Part shown: one piece after another, positions 26,201-36,569 of the stretch
How positions within the stretch are numbered: position 1 is the stretch's first letter
Layout of the letters: each line of letters opens with the position of its first letter
DNA from: Lingula anatina
Taxonomy: Eukaryota > Animalia > Brachiopoda
Direction: 5' to 3'
Assembly: GCA_051362555.1 (NCBI GenBank)
Contig: CM120643.1
Coordinates: 16,806,848-16,870,847, forward strand
Length of the DNA stretch: 64,000 bases
Position numbers and translations under genes: made by a program
Notes under the pieces: model-generated
Seen by the model: the letters and a program-made list of their open reading frames with translations, nothing else
The model's database searches: none
Told to the model about the DNA's origin: nothing

Positions 26201-27349
26201 CCTAACCTTGTTCATTTTAGTCGACAGACTAAGCTAGAAGAAAGAAAAGATCATTATCGCCTCTCTTTACTTAGGAACAATAAGGATGGCTAGTGGCAGC
26301 ATTTATAAGTTCTTTTATTTAGAAACTTTCCGATCCTTTGTCTGGGACTGCGTCCGAGAAACGGCGATAACGACAGAGACGTCCTCGAACATTTTGGACT
26401 CAGTGCAAATAAAAAAAATCCGTTAAGAAGTAGCCTTTAAATGTCCTGGCAAATAATATTGCGATGGCTCAGAGAGTTCTAGAATGAATGACAAGCAACG
26501 ACATTAGGGTTAATAATAGACTAAAAACTATCAGAGTGTAGGCCTGTCTTACTTCATTTCTAAGGCCATCTTGTGATACGAGTCATGCTACACTACAAAA
26601 GAGGGGGTAGCAGTGGATGATTTAATACAGGGATACCATCGATAGTATATCAATAGAAAATCGCAATCCTCAAATGTTTTTTAATTCATTAAATATAAAC
26701 GGTCTTTTCTCGTACAATGGGTCTGGTATAGTTGTATTGGCCTATCAGTTGGAAACACGTGGTTCGTCTACAATTGCAAATGGCGGAGGTGCCGTGGTAG
26801 TTATTGTCGTAAAATTAGCTGGATACGGTGCACGTGAGAAAATTATTCATTAAATTTAGTTTTCGAGCGTCAGCTAAATCTGGTAAAATGCGAGACGAAA
26901 AAAATGATAGATAGAGCCTTATGACCCACTGTAGAATGATGCCGAATAATACATCAACGACGTAGTTTATCGGCAGATAAACGTGTTTCCATTCTCGGCT
27001 GACTGAGGAAAGGTTTGAGAGAGCATTTAAAGAAGAGGCGGTCGAACCAATAGTGAGTAGGAAGTGTGCTGCAATCAAGATGAACAATACCGATCATAAG
27101 TGGACAGCTAATAACCCCTAATTAACCCCGGGTTACGCGCTGCTGTGTTGACTCCTTGCTGGGAAGGGGTAGCGGCCTCCTACTGCTGTGCGTAATCAAA
27201 CATTGTCTTCTAACATGCGGCTACACGACGGTTGCATTGTATTAATAAAGTAATACCTATTCATAAGGAAGGGGGCGGATGGTAATCTTACGAGAATTAA
27301 ATCAGTTATCGATCATACGCGTACCAATAGTCGTGTTTTTTTTTAGCTA
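23219..27349. mobile_element. Putative 4.1-kb non-autonomous element with degenerate inverted ends, inserted in the BEL leader
   Basis: TA|TAGCTAA ... TTAGCTA|TA ends; inverted subterminal motif CACAGCAGTAGG (~23337) / CCTACTGCTGTG (~27179); internal diverged ~600-bp tandem duplication (~25150-25760 vs ~25760-26200). Superfamily not determined. Confidence 0.45.
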
Positions 27350-27377
27350 TACGGTATATTTAGATAGCCAATAATAT

Positions 27378-29630
27378 TGTAACGCGCGAGGTCGCCGCGG
27401 CGGCGCACGACCCCGGACGCGACGTGGGAATATGATGTTGAAACAGGGAAAGTATATCCCGGTCCTTCGAAATTAACAACAAAGGCATATGGTTACAGTT
27501 CAAATATTATTATTATACACCAATTTGCTTTCAATAAAAGAGATATTTCAAGAGATATATACAAGGCCTAAAGCCATAGAGTTTGTAATAAAATCGAGCA
27601 ACGTTTTTCATGGTATGGTAGCGTAGCGCAAATCAGCATCTTTCTTCATGGTAGCGTAGCGCAAATCAGCTTCTATCTTCATGGTAGCGTAGCGCAAATC
27701 AGCTTCTATTTTCATGGTAGAAACGATGACCGTTGAACGCGGCAGCGTCATCTAGGGGATGGCGACGATATCTTACGCCTGGGGACGGCATAACGACGAC
27801 CGTTGAACGCGGCGGCGTCATCTAGGGGATGGCGACGATATCGTACGCCTGGGGACGGCATAACGACGACCGTTGAACGCGGCGGCGTCATCTAGGGGAT
27901 GGTGACGACATCTTCATGGTGGGCGTCTGTTCAGTTTCTCAGCATTCCGGCTGTTATTCGCAATGGCAGAGGAGCTCGGTACGCATCACACGGCCGCAGC
28001 TGCGGGAACGGAACCTGAATGGGATTCACAGACTGTACCCTCGGTCTGTGAACCTGGTTCGACGACTCGACTCTGAAGTGGACACGGCGACACTCTCCAC
28101 CAGCAAAATCTCACGGGTACGGTTCATGCACACAACAACTCAGTCCTGGCACTTTTTCCACCCACGAGCGGCGAGATCGTAGGGGAACGCTGAGGCCTTC
28201 AGTTCAATCAGTGAACATCTTGGCGGCAGTAAACCCCGCGGACCCGGAACCTGTGACTGTTAGCTCTGAAAGAGCAAGGTTAATCTTCCGTGGCGCATTT
28301 CCTGCATTATCTACGCCCTGGACCCGTCTGTCCCATGGGAAGTTCCCAGTCTCGCCTCGGCGGGAGCGGAGGTTTCCTAGGGGAGCACCGTGATCGAGGG
28401 TTAGGACGTCCTTCACCATTACTGTCTCTTTTCGCTTTCCGGTAGCTGCATGCAAAGGGACACGTCCGGCGGACCGAACTAAAACAAAATAAGAACATAA
28501 CACTGCCCCGATCATACACGGGGGAACACTGCGCACTCGGGCTGGCATTTTCCCTTCAGCTCCGAGCTGTCGACGGCGCCTCCTACATGACGTCTTGGAC
28601 CCGATCAGCCTTTCACCCAAAATCGTCCATGCTGCAGCGGTTTCCTTGGCCAGGATCCTAAACATCTGCAACCAAGGGATCCCATGATCTGACAGCCACC
28701 ACTTGTCCTCCGGAGCGCGTCACGGTGAATGCAGTTACAGGATTGCGTTAAGAAACTCGCTAAAAACTAACGGTACATGTAGCTGACATAACTGTCAGCC
28801 AAAATACTACAAAAAAAAAAAATAGACTAATCTTCGAAAACAAAATTCTTCACAATTTTTCCCGACTACGTCATACACGGGGGAACACTGCGCACTCGGG
28901 CTGGCATTTTCCCTTCAGCTCCGAGCTGTCGACGGCGCCTCCTACATGACGTCTTGGACCCGATCAGCCTTTCACCCAAAATCGTCCATGCTGCAGCGGT
29001 TTCCTTGGCCAGGATCCTAAACATCTGCAACCAAGGGATCCCATGATCTGACAGCCACCACTTGTCCTCCGGAGCGCGTCACGGTGAATGCAGTTACAGG
29101 ATTGCGTTAAGAAACTCGCTAAAAACTAACGGTACATGTAGCTGACATAACTGTCAGCCAAAATACTACAAAAAAAAAAAATAGACTAATCTTCGAAAAC
29201 AAAATTCTTCACAATTTTTCCCGACTACGTCGGGTAGCCCTCGGGCTACCCGCAGCCCGTTTCACTCACTTTTTGTCTCTCTCTTGTGCTTTATGACTGT
29301 CACTCTAAGATACTTTCTTTCTTCCCCGCTTCAACTTGAAGAACTTGAAAGACGCTGCTAACGATCAGCTGAGCGGTTATTTATAGCGACCGTGACGTCA
29401 TGACCGCAGGTCGCGCTTTCACACTTTCTGACGGCACGTCGACACGGTTGGAACGTCATTGTTGATTCTTTCCCGTACAGCGGTACAAATCTAACGTTTC
29501 TTTCTTTGTTTAAAATCATGGGGTATTTGGCATCTTTTCGTCTTTAAACGGCTCTAGAACGGCAACTAAAGTTGGACTGGTAAATTTTTGTGGGCATCGG
29601 TGTAGAGCTATTGGAGCCCCGTTCGTTACA
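27378..29630 (-). mobile_element. ATAT-targeting LTR-like element 2, related to 9279-10348 and expanded by internal duplications
   Basis: TGTAAC...GTTACA; ATAT TSD at 27374-27377 and 29631-29634; shares TGTAACGCG and GGGAAAGT.TATCCC motifs with element 1; ~33-bp x3 (~27608-27720), ~70-bp x~2.7 (~27723-27915) and 359-bp x2 (28512-29229) repeats. Confidence 0.8.
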
Positions 29631-29671
29631 ATATATTCAGCTACACTGAGGTCTACTAGTATTTATAGTTA

Positions 29672-31874
29672 GGCAGTTTTTTTTTAATTACCTGTTTCTC
29701 GAACGATTTTTATTTTTGTCAGAGGTCGGAGGGGGGAAAAAAATAAAAAAAATTTTTCAAAATAATGACTTTTTGGTCACTAATTTTCAAAACTACATTA
29801 GACAATGGTAAATACTGGTTTTAACACAGTATAGCAATTTTTGGATAAAAACAGCAATTCCTTTTCAATGTTTTATTTGTCTAAATGAATGTCAATTCAA
29901 CGAATCATTCTTGTAAATTATACAACAAAAAACACAGTTTGCCTTTCTATGCATTCACGATGGCAGTGCACAAAACAGTTTTTTGTCAATCTTGATGCAA
30001 TATTATGTATGATTTAATGATTAAGTGGAAAATCATCAAATTTAAATTATCTACTTCATGTAACATGGTCATCCAGAAACAATATGGCTTCATGCCCACG
30101 TGAGTTCCAAGTCCCACACTGAAAATACCAATACATGTATATGAAAAATGACCATTTCATAAAAACAGCATAACTTCCATAAAAAGAATCCAATCAGGCT
30201 ATATTTCAGATCTTTGAATCTTTCAATAAATTTGAGAATCATCTTATTAAATGGCCTTCCTTAAATGGTCACTATGGCAGCTGCACTAAACTAGCCAGTC
30301 TCACTCTGCATATGGGCTTCTATACCATAGCTCCTCTGTCAGTGTCTCTGCTATGCTTTTTCCAAGATTAGTGGCCTGTCCAGCCCGAAGACAAAGTCTT
30401 CCACTACTTGCGAGGTGGAATTATACATTGCCTGCCTTGCATTACTTGGGGATTCACTAAAAAAAAATATTTCAGATAAGTTAACTGAGTTGGATGTGTG
30501 CCTTCTCTTAGCTGCATAGGAATTGTGTAATTCAAAAGACAGCAAACAATTGCTTAGCCAGATTGCTGAAAATACAAAAACCAGCAAGGGTAATATGGCC
30601 TGTTATGGAACTGTGGTCTTAATTTTTATTAAATCTAAATGGCAGCAACAACTTAACTTATTCAATATTATTGAATGATCCACCCTTTTTATCAGGAAAA
30701 GGTCTGCTCTGGATCAAAATTGATCTAGGTGCATGAAGGTTTTATGGTAAATGATTCACTTTTTCAGAAAAAGAACCCTCTTTTGAAATTGCTGGATACA
30801 GGCATGGTTAAACTTAATATCTATATATGCCTGAAAAACTTGGTGGAAAACTTAATTGAACTATGAATTCATGTTGACAGGCTCATTATCCAAAGCACAT
30901 GATAGTTTACAGCTATTACCTGCCTTAATTTAATAAAAAAATAAAGGTCAAAGACACGTTGCTTCAGTATAGAAACATCTGCTGTTGTGAGCGAGCAATT
31001 AGCATTTAACATATGTTTTTGTGAAAGTGCAAAAAAGGACATTTATTTACCAACATATCAATGCCTAAAATACATTCACCTTAAAAAACTATGACACTCT
31101 AGACTGATAAAACGGAAAAAAAAATACTCACATCATTTCTGGAGACTTTCAGAAGTAGGCCTACGCGAGTGCTGCATTAAAAATCCAATTCACTCTGTAT
31201 TTGGATGTTCTCGGAGAGTTTAGTTGAGCCTGCATCTTTTGATGTTCACTGCCAACTGTTGTCTGAATGCACTTAATGTCAATATCTACCACCGTAGTGA
31301 CCGGCATTCTTACATTCAGTTCAGAACCTATTTTTGCTCCCTGTTGAAACCTTCCACACGTGACAAGTGTTGCAGTTGATATTTTCATTTCTGACAGAAA
31401 GCAGTCAAAAAAAAGGCCTAAAACGTCTGTAACACTGGCCGGGCAGACCTTTTTGCATAATATCTTTGGTCCTTCCTTCACTATAACACTGAGCCACACA
31501 ACAGTGGTCAATTTCCTGCTTAAGTAGAGAAAGCTACTCCAGTATGCGTCTCCCGCCATGTTGCATTAATTTGACAAATGCAGTGTAAAATATCAGCGAA
31601 GCATTGATTGGCTTAAAAACCGGAAGCTGGGGGAAATGAACTAATCGTTTACTTTGGCTTAAATACCCTTCGTTTTGAACTTGTAGGCAGTCATGTGATG
31701 CGGGAGTCCAGTGAAACTTGTTAAGTTTCGTGTTTACGATCGAACAGTACGATCAGTCGGAAGTCGGGGGGGGAAAAAATAAAAATATTTTTGATTTCAA
31801 TTTTATTTTTTTTCTATTTTGGCCATTTTGATGTCGGCGGAGCTTGAGAAACAGGTTATTAAAAAAAAACTGCC
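29672..31874. mobile_element. Non-autonomous TIR DNA transposon with TTA TSD (PIF/Harbinger-like)
   Basis: TIR GGCAGTTTTTTTTTAATTACCTGTTTCTC / GAGAAACAGGTTATTAAAAAAAAACTGCC; TTA at 29669-29671 and 31875-31877; unassigned 132-aa ORF 31161-31559. Confidence 0.8.
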
Positions 31875-34800
31875 TTATCTGTGGATATGAAATCAAGTGT
31901 CAACATATACTCGAGAAAGTCTCAATTTCAGCTTTATTGCAAGCTGCGGATTGGATCTTAGCTTAATTTCCTTAATTACAGTCCGACCAGTAACTGCGAG
32001 TACTTGACTGGGCCAGGTCAATTAAATAATGGCTGTTGACTGGCTCCAGGCATCTCAGATATCTAGAGTTACCACAGGTTGTAAGTAGGTCATAAATTCT
32101 GTCTTCTTGGTTCGGTTGTTCGGTACGGGCCGTCTCAGGGCTTTAGTTGTGGACTATTGGTATGGGCCATCTCAAATCCTAGTCGTTGACTGTAGCCACT
32201 TGCAATACTCACACACAACAACAACAGCTTTGCGTCGTTTTTACTGATTTATTAAACCGTCAACTGAAAAAATAATTGAAAAAAAATAAGAAAATCATCT
32301 CATATTCTTGCCCTAGTATTTTTATATAATGCTATTAAGTCGCTTAAATAACATCTTTACTTAACAGTTGCATGTTATCCTATCTTTATCTCCAAAATAT
32401 AAGTAACTCTTACCGACTTTGGGCTATTCTAGTGTTATGCAAGCGACTGGGTTCTAAATGATTGTGTAGTAAATCTCATCTGGCGCAACTTATGGGCCAG
32501 ATTCCTGTTACAAGAACACTTGTAATTACGGCTGTCTCAGCATCTAATATCAGCCGATCTCATTCCACGTGGAATCACATTCTATCCCATCATTATCATA
32601 AGCGCGCTAAAAACAATTGTTACTCAACACCGATGCGACAAACAAGTGAGTAGCGCGTCCAAAGTAAAGAAATAAGATTTATCTATAAATCACTGCTCTG
32701 GCAGTAACACTGGACTCTCAAGAATAGACTGTATTTTGTGTAGTTCAGCTTCTCTTGATGCAGAAACTTTGAAATAATAAAAAAGATTTGTCATGAAGTC
32801 TTGAACTTTTTTAATACTGGTAATACCCTCTGCTGCCTGTGATGTGCACAAGGCGAGGCGATGGGCCATACAATGGATGTTCATCATATGGGGGTTCAGC
32901 GTCTTCAATCTTCCTGCCACTCCCTTTCTCATTCCAGTCATAACAGAGGCCCCATCAGAGCCAAACCCAATGATCTTCCTCATAGGAATGCCTGGGAATT
33001 GAATGTTAAAAATCACTCACTGTAGCACTTTTAGTATATATAGGTAATATAAATTAAAACAAGATATCATGTGATAAATATGACATAGTGATTTTACCAT
33101 AACTTAAGTCTTTTTAGACGCTGGCAAAAATAGAGCAGGCTAAAGATAGTTTATACATAAAAAAATACCATGCACTTACCTCTTTCACTCATCTCAGAAA
33201 CGATCTTTTGAGCAAGCCCTTCTCCTGTTCCGTCTTCATACTCCAGATCACTCAGGTATATGTGCACTGGCACACTCGTGTCTGGATCTATAGCCCTTGC
33301 TGTGATTGTCATTCTCTTCCTATTGCTTATTGTCATTCTCTTCCTATTGCTAATGTCGGTAGACTCATCAGCAAATACAGTAATAAACTATGAATTACTC
33401 AAGATCTTGTTCACAGCGCCGTCGATCTGGGAACTCATAGACTGCAAAAGTTCGTTTGCACTATAGTAGCTCTGATAATTTACGCGCTCCGAAACTTTAA
33501 GCGCTGACAGATTAACACCAAGTTCACATAGCAATTTCATATGGCTTGGGAATTTACTAAGAGCAACGTTCTCTTCCGCCATCCAACGGACAACTTTAAA
33601 AGCTTTCAAAACTGCCTGGTCCTCCTCACTGTACGCTTTTTTTATCGACGAAGCCATGTCGGCATTGAGGGCCAGCCGCCAACTTGCTCCCCGGTGATCG
33701 GACGACAGCTTGTGCCTTTTCATACTAAAGGTTTTGAACGTGGTGCATCCCTCGGTGAACGTGTTTCTGAGTCCAGCCTTTTTACATTTTTGGCAATACA
33801 TTTTTCTTTGAATACTGTCGTAATTCAGCCACGATCATAGATGAAGCCATCGGGGCTGAAAACCGCGTGACTGAGAGGTGCTACATGTAGTTCCACTTCC
33901 AGGTATAACGAGGTATAACAATATCACGCGCCCTTATGGCGCACACACAGGTCTTTTTATGCGCTCAGTTACGATTCTATGCGCGTATGGCGCAATGGCG
34001 CGTTCCTTCCCAATCACTGGGACACGTAGAAAATTTGATTACCATTCGGCTTCATGCCCCTGAGAGTTCTGAGTCCCACATTGAATTTGCCAAAATGCTG
34101 AAAAAACTGTTGAAAAATCAACTTTTTTTCTGAGTCCATGTCCTACCTCTCTTTCACCTACAAAATTACCAATCACCCTCTCGTATTACACCACTACGCG
34201 TCATATGATGTCACACTTTTGACACAGTCTCCTCCTGTAACCTTTATTCGTTAACTAAAACTAACCTATGCCTAGTCCATGTCTTCATATGAAAAATATA
34301 TCAACTATTTCTACATAAATGAAAACTCAACTACAAAATTGCTTGAAATTTTGACAAAGCATTGACTCAGAGTCTGAAATTATAATATATTCTGCTGCCA
34401 CGTGCTTCCATAGTGGGGGCATCCAAAGTTGATATGATGTCCTCTGGCAGCACCTCATACTCAAACTCCTGAGCAGCATATGATCTAGTACTATCTTTGT
34501 CAAAACATCTGACAGCCAATCCAGAACCTCCTCTAACAACCACAGCTGATATTGATACTGCACCGTATCTCATCAAAACATAGTCATTCACGTCAAAGGA
34601 GGCAGAATGGGAACCTGAAAATAGGCAAATAATCTAAAAGGAACATTTTACTTGAAAATACTGGTTTGGAGATGTTATTCAAAGTAAATTTTTTAATTTT
34701 GCATACCTGTAAACTCCTAAGGGTTTATCTTACACAGAAGTGTGATTTAACATGGTTTAAATCATAATTGACGTTTGAAAACAGACACAACTTCTTTGCT

Positions 34801-35232
34801 GCACTTGAAATGACCTCGTTAGCTATAAATATGATCCTATCACCTTGCAACATGACATCATTTGATTGATATACATGAGTAGTTGTCACTGTTGAAGGGA
34901 AAGCATGTCTATTTATAGGAACTGAAATCGGAGGATGCATGTACCGTTTTGTTCAGAGAGTGACTTTCGCTTGACCTACTATCCAGTGCTGTGTGTTGAA
35001 CAGTAGCTATGTGTTGAGATCTCGATAGGTGCACCAGTATTTCTTCTCATTATACTTCAATTTAAGAAAATAAAAAATTTGACTTGTTTAATTCCCCACC
35101 AGTATGATAGGTATTTAATAAACATACCGGGTGGAAGATTTTTGAAAAATTAATAAGCATACTGGGTGGAAATGGAGCATACCGGCAGGAAGAAATTGGA
35201 AAAATTAATTAACGTACTGGTACGTTTATTTG

Positions 35233-36550
35233 CTACTTCAGAGTAAGGATCACACAATCGATGGGGGCTTCTTTCCACCCTTGTATGTCATGAAGCAGCC
35301 AGTTAAACCCTTCTGACTGATTGGTTGTTATTCCTTGATCTGTGATATATGCCCCAAACTTGCCAGTAATTGTCCAGATTCCAAAATGTTCCCTTTTGGT
35401 GTGGATATTATCGACAAAATATTTCATAATTCTGGGGGGCCATTCTTGTTTGCAACTCTGTAGAATCAAGGAATAGTTGTTCTTCAGTCTGGGAGCATAA
35501 CAGAGCATATAGGTTGTTGATGAATATGTTCCGGGTATATACTGGAACCCCGTCAGCGATCATTTTGCGTTGGAACTCTTCCCGTAAATGTCTCCAGCAT
35601 CCGGCGATGGCTACAGCTGTTTTTGACTTGAGAGCACCCACGATTCCTTGTTCCATATCCACAACTATTGGAAGTCCAGCTGTTTTTTTTCACAAGATTC
35701 TTGAAGATGGTAAAAAATAGCTCATGCACTGTCTGAAATTTTTGTTCATGAAAAAGGAACAGCGCTGGAATCTTGGGGTTATCTTTGAACAAAGAACACC
35801 GGAACAACAAAGGAATAACATTAAATTCTCCTAAACAGAATGGCATATCATAGGAAAGGAGAATTCCATCTCTGTTCCATGCCATTGTCTCCACCATAGG
35901 GTCAAGAATTCCGCGCATCCCACAAACAACCACTAAATCCGGATAAGTCGTTATATGCCAAATAAATCCTTTTTCTTCAAAGGCCATTTCGTGTAAGTTC
36001 ACGATGGCATCCCTGGAAATTCTTTGTTCTGCTGCTTTTGTTGCTTTAATGTTTGATATTTGTTTCACATTTCTTGGCCTGTCTGTGGCTTCATCATGTA
36101 GAGGGTTCTTTGGCTGCTCTGTTATTAATTCTTTATAAATTTTATGAGGAACTTGATCCATTGATATCGGTGGCAATCCTTTTCATCACTGAGGGTTTTG
36201 TGTGGAAGAAGAGCCTAGTCTGTTTTAAGCTGTTACCGTGTTTACCAGGTGCAGACAGTTTGTCATCCCGATGTAATGGATGACGGCAATATTTTCATTG
36301 TTTATTGGAATGTATACATCCTTCCTGAAATCTGTGATGGCTTTTCCATCTGCACCCTTTGCATGCAAGTATGATTTTTTGTATAAGGGTTGTTTCCTGG
36401 GTAATTTTTTAGAAATGCTGTTTGTCCACCTATGGCCATCCACCCTCCAGTCATCTTTTTCTACATCCGAATTCCCTTTAAAAATAAATATCTGCCCTCC
36501 TTCTGGGCGAAAAGGAAGGACATCCATTTTCTCTGAGTTATTAAATAGTC
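35233..36550 (-). mobile_element. Mutator-like (MULE) transposase pseudogene
   Basis: Frameshifted pieces: DDWRVDGHRW; PRNVKQISN; LSYD.PF.LGEF...PALFLFHEQK; DMEQGI...GCWRH (CxxH); TTNQSEGFN. Confidence 0.7.
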
Positions 36551-36569
36551 AATGATCACACTGCCCTGT

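Larger units (their letters stand above)
18813..32709 (-). mobile_element. BEL/Pao LTR retrotransposon, integrase deleted, leader expanded by three nested insertions
   Basis: 5' LTR 32191-32709 (TGT...ACA) and truncated 3' LTR 18813-19262 are nearly identical; CTGGA TSD at 18808-18812 and 32710-32714. Confidence 0.95.
16090..34062 (-). mobile_element. Intron-containing ZNF862-like hAT transposon (pseudogene), interrupted by the BEL/Pao element and an 8-bp-TSD element
   Basis: Candidate TIR CAGGGGCATG at 34062; zinc finger (MYCQKC...H) 33801-33388; FADESTD; GSDGASVM and HCMAHRLAL (~32995-32710); frame rejoins across the BEL TSD as ESP|VLKYKEIHAVRW (18812-18548); exons ~18278-17273 and ~17178-17046; hATC domain (PLHTSGCERVFS) ~16750-16456. 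Left TIR not found. Confidence 0.85.

Noticed and set aside
34330-35050. Exon-like fragments (NDYVLMRY...RIYYNF; RYMHPP) as a host gene
   Set aside because: Interrupted by stops and embedded among TE remnants; probably transposase tails, family not assignable by eye.
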